DNA of 64,000 bases from Octopus sinensis (taxonomy: Eukaryota). Position 1 is the stretch's first letter. Every line of letters starts with the position of its first letter. Under the pieces are notes generated by a model. It ran no database searches and was not told where the DNA came from. It saw only the letters and a list, made by a program, of their open reading frames with translations. The stretch is taken from positions 99,634,001-99,698,000 of the forward strand of contig NC_043002.1 of NCBI RefSeq assembly GCF_006345805.1. Direction: 5' to 3'. Shown here piece by piece: positions 26,196-40,165 of this stretch. The position numbers and the translations under genes were made by a program.

Positions 26196-27203
26196 CGAGT
26201 GTGTCCCCAAAACATGCCGGAATTGTGCAATATTGTTTTATTCACTTGGTTTTACATGTTTTCACTGTTATCTCCTTCAAAGTACTCTCCATTCGAAGCA
26301 ATGCACCTGCCCAGACACGTTTCCCACTGTTCGTTTGTTTCTTCACCTCTTCCACAAATCCGAAATGTTTTCTTCTTAAGAACTTTTTTCATTCGGGGAA
26401 AAAAGAGTCGCAAGGAACAAGATCGGGTGAATATGGGGTTGGGGTGTAAGCGGAGTCACATATTCAGTTGTGACTGGTTTTGATCTTCCGTGAGCAAGCA
26501 AGGAAAAATTTTGCTGCAACTCTTTTCATTCGCAATTCCTCACTCAAAATTCGTTGGCAATTGCTCCAAGACACATCAAACTTATCAACAAGTTCGTCAA
26601 TTGTTCGGCGATGGTCCTCCAAGATCAGTTCGTGTATTTTGAGATGTGTTTATTCATGAAGAGCGTTGAGGTCACCCTGAACGAGGATGGTTTTCAAGCG
26701 ACAAATGACCATTCTTATTTCTTATTTCTTTATTACCCACAAGGGAATAAACATAGAGGGGACAAACAAGGACAGACAAACGGATTAAGTCGACTATATC
26801 GACCCCAGTGCGTAACTGGCACTCATTTAATCGACCTCGAAAGGATGACTGGCAAAGTCGACCTCGGCGGAATTTGAACTCAGAACGTAGTAGCAGACGA
26901 AATACCGCTAAGCATTTCGCCCGTCGTGCTAACGTTTCTGCCTGCTCGCCACCAAATTGCCATTCTTGAAGCATGAAAGCCATTCGTAAACTTGTGTTTT
27001 GCGCATGGCAGAGTCCTTGTAAGTTGTTTGAAGCATGTCAACTGTGTCGGCCGCCGCTGTCCCCAGCAGAAAACAGCATTTCACGGAAGCACGCTGTTTC
27101 TTCGTTTCTGCCATCGCAAAAATTGACGAACAGGGGAGATCCATGAACTGCAATAGGCCTGTCCCTCACAACGCGTTTCCGGTTACTTTTGAGTACCTCA
27201 TTG
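26196..27203 (-). mobile_element. Internally deleted mariner interrupted by a SINE
   Basis: HTH segment KQRASVKCCFLLG...KTQVYEW; C-terminal PYSPDLVPCDSFFPRMKK; degenerate TIRs flanked by TA. Confidence 0.85.
26717..26952 (-). mobile_element. SINE family C inserted in mariner, with 15 bp TSD
   Basis: CAAATGACCATTCTT (26702-26716) and CAAATTGCCATTCTT (26953-26967). Confidence 0.88.
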
Positions 27204-27730
27204 TATAGCAAAATATCAATTGCATTTCTTCATTCTATTAAGAATTATTAATAAAAAATTATTAGGAAATAGATAATTGGTCATCAAACCAGGTAAAATC
27301 TTCTAAAATTCTTTTCTTTGTTCCCATTTCGGTAGGCAGATTTTAGAAAAAGATTAATCAGTTTTATTTTGTAATGCCATTCTCCGTATAACCAAGAAAT
27401 GTAATCTTTCTTATGTCATTCTTGACAGAAGAACGTTTTAATTGTTTTGCTCGAGAAAATGCTTCTGTAGCCTTTGTAGATATAGCAAGGTATACAAGTC
27501 GAAGTTGCCAAATTCTACGAATGTCTGATTGCCATCGGCTGCGTTTTTCATTCGGACGGTTATATTATCAGTTAAACAAGCAGTGGACTTATTTTTATGG
27601 AAACTTCAAAAAGACAGATACAACTATGTGGTAAGAAGTAAATAAAAAAAAATAGAAGAACAAACACAACAACGTGAGGACGTGCTACATGTAAAGCATT
27701 AACAGACGCTCGGGGAAGGAAAGAAGGTTG

Positions 27731-27765
27731 GTTTAACTTTTCAAGCAACGCTCTTCTTCAGAAAC
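27731..27765 (-). ncRNA. Minimal hammerhead-like motif (C15.2A)
   Basis: GTTT-CTGAAGA-A-GAGC gtt GCTT-GAAA-AG-TT-AAAC on the minus strand. Confidence 0.5.
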
Positions 27766-28369
27766 AGAGTAAAGTACAATAGAAAGGAAGACGGACGAAG
27801 AAAATCGCCAACGATTCACATGCGGTTACATGTGGTAAGAAGCTGGTTCAATCCCGTTACTCAACATCGCGAGCCAATGACCTCCACTATAGACACGGAT
27901 TGACCAAAGGTTTTCAACGGATTTGGTACGCGGAAACTGAAAATAGACCGGTGTGTGTGTGTGTGTGTGTGTGTGTGCGTATTTATGTATGTATATATAT
28001 ATTCTGTGTTTGCGTCTTTGTGTATGGGTTTGTGCTCCCCCACCGCTTGAGAGCAGGCGACTTTTGTTTACGTCACTTTAGCTTAGAAGTGCCAAACTGA
28101 GAAATAAGTACTGGTGTTAATTTGTTCCAGTAAACCTTTCAATGAGGTACACCAGCATGGCCGCTATCCAAGGACTGAAACTAGTAACAGATAAAGAAGA
28201 AAAGATAAGCTAGCCGAGGTTCAGCTATGAAAGAATTACAGGCAATATTTTACCAGCGTATTTGTCTTTATAATTCATTTCTGATGAGGGATTATCTTTA
28301 AGTATCACTATTCAAGTGGCTTCAACACTGCATATATCTTATAATTCATCTTATTAAAAAAGAAAACTA

Positions 28370-28906
28370 CTGGGTTGTCCGGAAAGTTCGTGCGAGTTTT
28401 AAAGGAAAGAAAAATGTCAATAAATTCTTGCCATTATATCAACCAAATATGAACCATTTGGTTGCACGATGCGTCTCTATCGTTCCTTTAACTTGAAAAT
28501 ACCCTCTTCCCAGAATTGAGGTGGTTTCATGGCAAAACATTCATCAAGGTATCTTTTTACGTCATCCAAGGAATTGAAAGTGTTACCTTTAAGACTATTC
28601 TGCAGAGACCTGAATGAGTGGAAATCCGAAGGAGCAGCATCTGGTCAATATGGAGGATGGGGTAACACATCCCAACCGAGCTGCAGCAATTTTTGTTTGG
28701 TTCCCAAAGCATGAAGTGCCGAACATGAACTTTCTTATCTTCCATTTTAAACGTTTACAGAATTAATACAGTTTATAGGAACAAACCTTCTTCCACGAAA
28801 CGATAGCTTAAACTGTGCTCTAAATGGAGGTGTAGTCAAACCATGTTCTAAAATAAGTGGAAAGCTAAGCTACTATAAATCCGCACGAACTTTCCGGACA
28901 ACCCAA
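28370..28906 (-). mobile_element. Short non-autonomous mariner derivative
   Basis: TIRs TGGGTTGTCCGGAAAGTTCGTGC, TA flanks; internal QLGWDVLPHPP...PSDFH..RSLQNSL. Confidence 0.9.
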
Positions 28907-29599
28907 TATTTCGAAGCAAAAAAAAATTCTGTGGGTTGAAATATATGTCTCTGTAATGGTCTCGAGCTGGAGATGGAATTGCATTTTCTGTTATTCCCAT
29001 TTGGATTTGTCTAGTCTCCATTTGCAACCTTATTGATATATGTTCCGAGACGAAAGAATGTGCCTTAACCTTCTGCATATCATCAAACAGGGCATCAAAT
29101 GACTCTTCATTTGTGATAGCTAAGCAACAATATAACAATATGTGTGTATGTGTGTGTGTGTGTGTGTGTCTTTGTGTGCATGTATAAGTGCATGTGTATG
29201 AATGTTCATTTTTATGTTACGTATGAAAGTTTGTATGTTTGTATTTATAAGACAGGCTTGCACAGTTTCACTCTACCAAATTTGAACCCGAAACCGTGAG
29301 ACAGCAAATGGAACATCTTAATCACATAGCTATGTTTACGCCTGTAACAGAAATTTGGTGATAGTGGATGATTCGAAGACCAAATATACTGGCGTGGATT
29401 AAGATAATTAAAGTGAAACTAATAAGAAATATCTATCTGTAAATGAAATGGCGCAGTTTGGTCTGCTTCAGCAGACGATGAACAGGAACCACTTTATTTC
29501 CTGGGAATAATTTATCGTTTATTGCTTATTACCATAAGTACAGTTGCATAATAATCTTATTAAACATAGATTTATATATACACATACATATATACATAG

Positions 29600-29652
<53 letters not shown>

Positions 29653-29681
29653 AACATACACTCTGGTGCGCGCGTACTTAG

Positions 29682-29712
<31 letters not shown>

Positions 29713-29765
29713 TATATATATATATATATGAATATATGTATGTATCTCTTTATCTCTCTACCTTT

Positions 29766-29819
<54 letters not shown>

Positions 29820-30179
29820 GTGTGTGCGTGAGTGTTATATTTTCAGCAGACATTCGGCATATTACTGAAATGTATTAGCTTGAAATGTTAAATGTTTTAA
29901 TCCAACAGACATACGATATATTACATGGACACTTATCATACTGATAATAAGTGTAGAGCAGACAGAGATTCCTGTACAATTGGTAGGAACAAAAACACAT
30001 CATTCTTATTCTACAGTTGATTCTAGATCAAAGCTGTATATTTACTAAATTTTGTTGTCAAAACCTGCCCTAATTGAGATTTGTGAGGAGTAATATTTTA
30101 CATTCACTAGCAGTTTCAGCTGCTACATGAAAATATATACAAAGTTATTCTCGAAAAACTGATTTTACAAATTTCTCAC

Positions 30180-30206
30180 CGTGACATGTATAATTTTGTC
30201 CGCCAT
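30180..30206 (-). CDS. Candidate first coding exon (MADKIIHVT)
   Basis: AAAATGGCGG start context (also a YY1-type CCGCCATTTT site) and donor ACG|GTGAGA, in locally unique sequence. Confidence 0.35.
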
Positions 30207-31089
30207 TTTGTTAGAGTACTTTTCAATTCATAAAAACGTGCGGCCTAGTTAGTAGTTAGGTTGCTCAGTATGTCCTTGAGCGAAGCATCTATTGGATGCT
30301 TTTATAGCTGCAATTTACATGAGAGTAATTAGTATCAGCCGGGTGTTGGTGCAGCCATACCTTTCATCAGTGGTCACGTCTTAGATATTCTACTGATTGT
30401 AGTGTAAGAGAATCCGAAAGAATGTTTATGTGTATTCGCGTTTTTTTATTTATTGCTCCGCCTAAAACAAAATTTAAAGCCATGGCACATTCTCACAAAC
30501 GATACCCTTTGGCAAATGAAGGCTGATTGTACTTCACAGTACTTACTATCTCTTCGTTGCATAAACAGCTTTATTTCATGAAACCAATTTGTCCTTTCTT
30601 TACAAAGCCGAAATTCAAGTCTGATAGAATTAAATGAGACACTAACATGAATAGCTATTCCCATCAGAAACAAAAGAAACATAACCAATAATAATCTAAA
30701 TGAATTATTTGCTCAGTAAAATAAGAGAAATCTGGGAAATCATTAGTTATTTTCTGCAATCTATACCACAGAGCCTCATTATTTTACCTCCAGCTTTTCG
30801 TATGTATGTAATTGCTCCACCCACATACACACGCACACGCACGCTCGCGAAAGTATATGCGGAGGCGTCGACAGTTATACATTACTGTTGTATTTATTTT
30901 GAAAACCTTCGACACTACATACATTCGCACACGCATACTTGTATGTACAGAGACACAAGTTCGTGCTAATATTTTCTTTCATTACTCGGTCAATTAAAAA
31001 AAAACATCATACATACAGCATACTTACATATCTATCTAGCTGTCTATCAATTTGTGTCTCGCTGTGTATACTCACACACACACACACAC

Positions 31090-31150
<61 letters not shown>

Positions 31151-31312
31151 TACAATGTGTTCACCCGTTGTTTAATGTTCATGTGCAAAAGCGTTGCGCG
31201 AGCTAATAAGGAGTATAGGGTGTTGTTAGGGCTCACTGAAACTGCAAGAAAAGTAGTTGTCAGTGTAGAAGAAAAAGAACGGTAGGTTGAGAATATTAAG
31301 GTCAAGGTCGCT

Positions 31313-32260
31313 GGCGAACTGGCAGAAACGTTAGCACGCCGGGCGTAATGCGTAGCCGCATTTCGTCTGCCGTTACGTTGTGAGTTCAAATTCCGCCGAG
31401 GTCGACTTTGCCTTTCATCCTTTCGGGGTCGATAAATTAAGTACCAGTTACGCACTGGGGTCTATGTAATTGACTTAATCCCTTTGTCTGTCCCCTCTAT
31501 GTTTAGCCCCTTGTGGGCAATAAAGAAATATATCCTGATATGTGAAACAGAGTAAACATAAGATTTTGTTATGATTTTACCAGTGACATGTATGTTCCCA
31601 ACAAGTATTTCTAATAGAAAATTCAGGTAAGTCGAAATGAGTGTACATGGGGTTCTCGTTATTCAACAAAACTTGAGCAGTAATGATGATAAAACTGGCA
31701 ATCTGAAGCATACATATTGATTCTGAATATCTGCTTACTTTATTGCGGAGAGTGGCAGAAGCGTTAATACACCGGGGAAAGTGCTTAGCAGCATTTCGTC
31801 CGCCTTCCACGTTCTGAATTCAAACTTCACCGAGGTCGACTTTCCGCTTAAGATTTCGAGGTCGATAAAGTAAGTAACAGTTCATCACTGGCGTCCATAT
31901 AACTGACGTAGATACTCATCCCAAGTTGCTGGCATTGTGCAAAATATATAAAAGCAATATTTAATTAATCTAAGGAGGTGAGCTGGCGGAATCGTTCGCA
32001 TCAAGGAAAAATTGCTTAGTGTTATTATGTCTGCTTTTATGTTCTGAGTTCAAACTTCACGAGGTTGACTTCGCAGTTCCTCCGTTCGGGGTCGATAAAA
32101 TATGTACCAGTCAAGCACGTGCGCTGGTGTAATCCACTTGCCACCGTCCACAGAATTTCAGGACTTGTGCCTCCAGTAGAAAGGAATGTTTAATATTCTA
32201 AGGTGTCGAGCTGGCAACTCGTTACTGCGTCACAAAAATGCTTAGCGGCTTTTCTCTTCT
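31313..32260 (+). mobile_element. Four head-to-tail SINE family C copies of differing decay
   Basis: Repeated GAGCTGGCAGAA...GAGTTCAAA...GAGGTCGAC...GGTCGATAAA blocks. Confidence 0.8.
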
Positions 32261-32389
32261 ATTTGTTCCATCCATTGGACAGCAGCGAGGCTAGGACACC
32301 ACCTTGAAGGGTTCAGTCGAGAGAATTGGTCCCGCTACTTATATTTTCAAGCTTAGTACTTAATTCATCGCTCCCTTTTACTAAAGCGG

Positions 32390-32472
32390 TAAATTACGGG
32401 AACGCATGCAGATCAACGCAGGTTGTCAAGCAGTGGTGGGGGGCACAAACAAGTAGCAATAAATTATATAAT

Positions 32473-32519
<47 letters not shown>

Positions 32520-32617
32520 ATGTGTGTGTGTGTGTGTGTGTGTGTCTTTGATACTTGTTTGTGCCCCCCACCAGTGCTTGACAACCTGCTTTGATCTGCA
32601 TGCGTTCCCGTAATTTA
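32390..32617. repeat. Local inverted duplication (~63 bp arms) around a TA/TG microsatellite
   Basis: Arms differ at two positions; left arm belongs to a minus-strand SINE A-like copy. Confidence 0.9.
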
Positions 32618-33214
32618 TATATATATGTATATACACTTATACATACACAAACACATATATAGATATATATAGACAAAAATAACTTTCGGCTACATATACA
32701 TATATACCATACACATGAACAATCTTTGGTCAAACACATACACACACATACGCACACACACACTGACGCACACACACATCATTTTCATTCACACCACGCA
32801 CGGGTACCTTTCTTTGTTGGGATCACTAGCACCTTATTATCTCCCTTTCATTCAACCTCTTTTGTTAGTATTATCTCATTTTCATTCAATCTTGTTTTTC
32901 CAATTATTCGCCATGCGGGGCTGCTGAAATCTACCAGCTTCGTTCATTCTCTATGTTTATTTTGTCTTATTCCTTCCTTCTGAAGAGCGTAGGCTCGAAA
33001 CATAAATTCATTCAGTTGTTTGCTGTTCATACACCGGCCTTCGTCTTTTGTTTTTCTATAAATTTCTACTGTATATATATCAGTTGAATAAAGTTACAAC
33101 ATGGTCTGATTTTCACGTTTTCTATTATTGTATTTTAAAAACAATTTTTTTAAAAAAGTTACGGCAACTCGAGAAAGACGAACCCATGAATGGAACACAA
33201 TACCATTTCTAGTA

Positions 33215-33720
33215 TCACACATGTATCACCAAAACATTTTTTAACATCATCAAAACAGATTTGCCATTTATGAAACAAAGTGGAAAATTAACAAAGACAA
33301 ACTTCAACATGTCAATCAGGATAAAACATTCACAGTATCCAAATGTAATGGGAACAAATGTGCAACGTGTAAATACATGCATACTGGTAGATCCATTAGA
33401 AGAAAAAATGGACAGATTTTTCACAAATGCAGATATGAAATGCAAAAGCAGAAATTTGATATGCTGCATTAAATGCCCTAATTGCGAGGAACTATATACA
33501 TTGGCAAAACAGGGAATGGATTAACGGAACGCTCACGTGTTCACAGACAACAAATCCATTACACAGTTGTTCTCCAAATTCCATTGCGCGAAGATATAAA
33601 ACCATGTAATAAAAAGATGGTTCTAATTTTTCTTTTCCTCACACTACATAACACAAAGGAGATTGGAAGACAGATAAAAAAAGAAAAAGACTTTCATTAA
33701 AATTTGCAAAACTGTAGTGA
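33215..33720 (+). pseudogene. PLE GIY-YIG endonuclease remnant
   Basis: SKCNGNKCATCKYM...CKSRNLICCIKCPNC / YIGKTGNGLTERSRVHRQQI, with frameshifts. Confidence 0.85.
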
Positions 33721-33777
33721 ACGGAAGTAACAACAAGAATATAACAACCAGTTAATGATGTTTATTAAAAAATATCG

Positions 33778-33820
<43 letters not shown>

Positions 33821-33823
<3 letters not shown>

Positions 33824-33858
33824 GAGTTTCTGGGTATTGACCCGTCATCAGCATGTGA
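33821..33858 (-). ncRNA. Hammerhead motif, intact core, 3' side truncated by (TA)n
   Basis: CACATG-CTGATGA-C-GGGT caat ACCC-A-GAAA-CTCG-GTA; same family as 60765-60809. Confidence 0.6.
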
Positions 33859-34049
33859 CACCCACCCGGTGCATATATATATGGACATCTACCCAAGGTG
33901 CCACGCAGTAGGACTGAACCTAGAATCATCTGGTTGGGAAGCAAACCTCTACCCACAAAGCTACACCGTTGCCTCTACACATACATATATGTAGAAATAA
34001 TCATACGTTTGTGCGTACGAGCCCGCGCGCGCGCGCGTGTGTGTGTGAA

Positions 34050-34200
34050 GGAGCAGGGTTCAGTGGTTAGAGAGTCGGACTCACAATACTGAGATATTGA
34101 GTTCGATTCCCGATAGGGGTTGGGTGGTGAGCTTGAGCAAGACAATGTATTCACGTTTCTCCAGTTCATTGATCAGATAAAATGCTTAAATAGTCTTGAC
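34050..34200 (+). mobile_element. tRNA-derived SINE family D (related copy ~21160-21290)
   Basis: CAGTGGTTAG A-box, GAGTTCGATTCCC B-box, TTGAGCAAGAC...TCACGTT.CTCCAGTTCA. Confidence 0.65.
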
Positions 34201-34829
34201 TATTAATTCTGAAGACAGAACATTGGGCCGGCGGATTTCCAAGATATAGCTCCCCACCCCAGATCATCATAGATCCTCCTCCAAGTTTAACGGTTAGAAG
34301 AAGGTAGCCTGGGTCAAATGCTTCTTTAGGCTGTCTCTACACGTATACTCGGCAGGTGGTCGGAAATAAGGTAAACGATGACTCGTCCGAGAAAATAACA
34401 TTCTTCCACTGCTCTTTATCCGTTATTTTGTCCAACCTTTGTATATACATGTACACATCTTTCTATGTGTTTTTGTGTCTGTGTTTGTTCCCCCCATCAC
34501 CGTTTGACAACGGTTGTTGGTGCGTTTACATCCCCATAACTTAGCAGTTCCAGAAATGACACCGATAGAATAAGTATTCGGCTTAAAATTGATCTCAGGA
34601 CCTATTATTTAAAAACAATATGTAAGTCCTGGGTTTGATTTGTTCGACTAAGGCCGTTCAAGTCAGTGCTCCAACATCACCGCAGTCAAATGACTGAAAC
34701 GAGTTAAGGAATACAAGTATATGCATGTATATTGTGTATTATGTTTGTAGTTGTGTATCCAATATTTTGCACTTGCGATGATTTCTATACAACACAGAAT
34801 ATACTCAACGCACGAACTCCAATACACAC

Positions 34830-34877
<48 letters not shown>

Positions 34878-35379
34878 ACACACATACATACATACATACA
34901 TACATACATACATACATACATACATAGTTATATCTCAGACTTGTTTGAAAACTGTTTCAAGCATTGTCATATAGGTGACTTAAATAATTATCGGCAATTT
35001 TTTTTTATAAATGCAAAGAAATAGAAAAATTATTTTTATTAATTTGCGTAGGTTATTTAATGATCCTAAATGACTTCGGGAAAAATTGCCCTCTTTTCAA
35101 ACAGAAGGGTGAAAACAATGAAAGACTTCTGAGAAACAAGTCGTTTACATGAGGGCGTTTCCAGTTTGACCTCACATGCTGTTATCTTCCATACTACTAC
35201 TACTATTACTACTTGCAATGATAAAGTAAAACTATGTATATATATATATATATATGTGTGTGTGAGTGTGTGTATGCATGTTTGTATGTATGCATGTATA
35301 TATGTATGTATCTATGTATGTATGCCTGTATATATGTATACATATCTCTCTCCAAATATATATTTATACATATATAAAT

Positions 35380-36804
<1,425 letters not shown>

Positions 36805-39229
36805 GTGTGTGTGTAGGCATCCCACCACACACATATTGTGGGTTTCAGAAAGATCAGTGTCACACATTTAGTAAGGCTTAGTGCAATGCGGAGATCTCTG
36901 AACAATAATATTGTCTCTTGTGCTTTGGCTTAGTTATAACTTAGTACTTCATGATTAGTAATATATCTCTGAATGCTCGTGTGTTTGTTTTTGATGCATA
37001 TGTTGTTACCACCAAATGTGTACTTAAAATATACGTTGACATCCAAGATCGATATGTAAAGCAGATGGGACTCCTGAGAAATTAATGAGGCGGCACATAC
37101 ATCAATAAATTTGAGAGGTGAAGAGTTTTTCGTTGCATTTGAATGAAATATCCATATTGTATAGAATTAGTACAAATGATAATACTGACAACATAACAAC
37201 CATTACCATTACGAACATAATCACTTTATTTTATCATCGATGTTGCTGTGCTAATGTAACATATAAGGTGTTATCGTGTTGCGACGATTATGAAATAGAT
37301 CTCACTAAACTGTGCATGCGAGCCGGTTTCAATTTCCGATTGTTGGATTTTCATTTCCTTTTAGTTGGCAATGTTTTCCTTCTTTTTTTTATCATTATTT
37401 CACTAGAAGCATATTCGTCGTACAATCTCATTTCCTTTGAGCTAAGTAGTTGTGGCTCTCCATGAAATCGTTAAATGAACACGACAAAAATAAATAGGTA
37501 GCTCTGAGAAGCAGAATTAATGATTGTTAAACAACAGCTCGTGTCAGTTATATAGTGAATAAACATTTTTGATGAAGAGCATACATGATCCAGCTCAAAA
37601 TATCAACGCAGTGGAAAGCGATGAACATTATGACAATGACCAATGAGTAATAATGGGAATCAAAGACTTCATTGTACTGACTGCAGTATTGAGAAGAGCA
37701 ACATTAAATGTGGTTACAGTACTGCAACCCGAGTACGAAAAATCAAATCCCTAAATTCAAATAGTCACAGACGCCATCTGCATGGAAATCTAGAGGTATA
37801 TCGTCCTGCTTTGAACCTTATAATTTCATATACCACCGAGGCCGTCTTTGCTTTTCATCCTATCGCGATCGATAAAATATGTGCGACATGAGCCCTAAGG
37901 TCGATGTAATCGACTAAACTCTTCCTTTTAAATTGCTTGCTGTGTGTCAAAATTTGAAACAATGTAATGAAAATTCTAATTTTCATACATTGTCTCCCAT
38001 ACTCAGTGAAATTATTTTTTAAAAAATCACTGAGTAATTAACCATGTTTGTTGTTGTTGATGCTTATTCTTAACAAACCGCGCAGTCAATTATCTATATT
38101 CATTTCAAGGTGCAACAGTTAATCTCCTTGCAGGCCTTACATCTCATTTGCCAGGCGTTCATTAATATTAAATACATAATCCACATTCTAGAAACACATA
38201 CTTTTTCCTGTTCCTTTCCACAACCCTTTCCTACACGCAACCACTTCATTTGTCTGCCAACAGGGCATTAATTTTCATTTACAGTACTCCACCTATCGAA
38301 GGGAGATACTGCGAAGAACATAGAACCTGTAAGAGCAAAGTAACTTTTGCTCAGTTCGTAGCTAGGAAGCCGAAATTGTAAAATCAATGTCAACCTTTCC
38401 TTGTATATATTAACATGTGCTCTATAAAAAAAAAATATTGAAAGAGTTTTCAATTTAATATTAAATGATTTTCATTGTTAAATCGTTGGTGTCTGACGTT
38501 TGAGTTGTTATTTTTTTGTATTTGTATCTTTAGAATTGTCTGTTTTTTCTATTGCATATCAAAAAAAAAAATACCAGCATTATACCAGGTCACTTTTATG
38601 ACGGTAACAAAATGTAAACATACAAAACTACAATAGCTGACTGAAAATATTTTAGTAACTATCAGCCAATAAAACAAAATTGACATTTTTTCTGTTCGTC
38701 ATCTCCGCTAAATTGTGTACATGATCAAAGTAACTTCACTATAAAGTGCACACGTCATTCGGGTAATAAATAATGGCTGCAACGTGAAATTGCAGTCGTA
38801 ACCACTCATTGAATCGTGTCACTGGCGTGTGTTTTGTTATTAGCTTGTGATAATTACCCTCAAAATGGTCCTGAGCTGTAACTTGGAGGGCGTAGGTCCT
38901 TCGCAATTGTTTACTCGGCCGAGTGACTACTCGTGAATGAGAAATTTTGAAAGGGATCTCGCTGGGACAATATTTTTTTTTCTTTTTCTTTCCTTGTCAC
39001 TTTATGAGTAAAACATTTCTGTGATCAGAATATTGAAGATAAAATTAGCAGTCTCAATTAATTATTTCCTATGAGTCAGCAAAATTAAAAAGGGTGATGA
39101 ATTAGGGAAAAGAAAAGAAAACACTATTAGGGTTTTTCTATATAGTTAACAAGTTTGCTTCATAAACACACAACTATGCGTTCGACCCGGAGTCTCCTGA
39201 CAGGGATCAAACGAGTTTAAACAATGAGT

Positions 39230-39590
39230 ACATGGGATCTTTCGGTTTTCCTCCAGGACCAAAAAGTAAACAAAAGAATGACAGATGGTTATATAGAAAC
39301 CTGAATGAGGACCCAATAATCAGGCATACTACGGTTTTATATTTAAATGAGGAATCATGTACATTGTTTACATTATTTACAATTAACGGATATTTGTCCT
39401 CATCCTGTTTGTTGTTAACACAAAGTTTCGGCTGATGTACCCTCAAGCCTTCATCAGGTGTATTGGGTAAATTTCGAACGGGGTTCTCATTCCTAAGGTA
39501 TGTTTTGATGTTGTTGTTGTTATTCAGATCATTGCCTGGAATCAAACTCGGAATCTTGGGGTTAGTAGACCGCGATCTTAACCATATGCC
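39230..39590 (-). mobile_element. Family H SINE, copy 2 (hammerhead G16.2U)
   Basis: Head TGGTTAAG...AAGATTCCGAGTTTGATTCC; CTGATGAAGGCT...AGCCGAAACTTTGTGTT at 39417-39462. Confidence 0.85.
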
Positions 39591-39599
39591 CACGTTTAT

Positions 39600-39840
39600 A
39601 TGATGTAGCGGTCAAGAGTGCTGACTACTAACCCCTAGTGCTGTAAATTCTAGGTAGTGACCTGAATAGTAATAATAATGATAATAATAACGACAACAAC
39701 ATTGAAAAATACCTTAGGAATGAAAACCTAGGTTCGAAATTTCCCCAAGACACCTGATGAAGGCTGAAGAGTGTAATAGCCGAAACGTTGTGTTAACAAC
39801 AAACAAGATGAGGACAAATATCCGTCAATTATAAATAATA
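39600..39840 (+). mobile_element. Family H SINE, copy 3 (hammerhead intact)
   Basis: Decayed tRNA head, (AAT/AAC)n linker, hammerhead tail. Confidence 0.85.
39749..39794 (+). ncRNA. Minimal type-I hammerhead ribozyme motif, intact core
   Basis: GACAC-CTGATGA-A-GGCT...AGCC-GAAA-CG-TT-GTGTT; predicted cut after 39789 (GUU). Confidence 0.78.
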
Positions 39841-39959
39841 CTACGTTGTCAGCAACTCTGATGATCCTGAGAGTCGTCAGCCTCCTCACTTATTTTCATA
39901 AGGCTTAAGAGTTAATACCGCTGACTACACAGAGATGCTGGGGAAACGTATGAGGCCCC

Positions 39960-40165
39960 GCGTCGACAGAGTGCGCAAAGGAAGACCGTATTCTTTCCAA
40001 CAAGACTCTGCGCCGTCTCATATGGCTCGGACAACAAGCGTGAATAAGTGCCAGTCTCGATGGTCATGCTCTCCTCAAGACATGGCCTTCTAGTTCACCA
40101 GACTTCGATCCACTAGATTATTACCTATGGGGTATGGTTGAGAGAGAGACCACCATAACTAGCAC
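39960..40165 (+). pseudogene. Tc1/mariner-superfamily transposase fragment (maT/DD37D-like)
   Basis: YSFQQDSAPSH and WPSSSPDFDPLDYYLWGMVE. Confidence 0.8.

Noticed and set aside
28281-28340. Other CTGATGA/CTGAAGA boxes (28281, ~34209, ~37570, ~39858, ~48480, ~59500)
   Set aside because: No correctly placed GAAA and NUH
30180-30206. Similarity of MADKIIHVT to the bacterial thioredoxin start MSDKIIHLT
   Set aside because: Only nine residues, followed by a splice donor or stop; no WCGPC motif found
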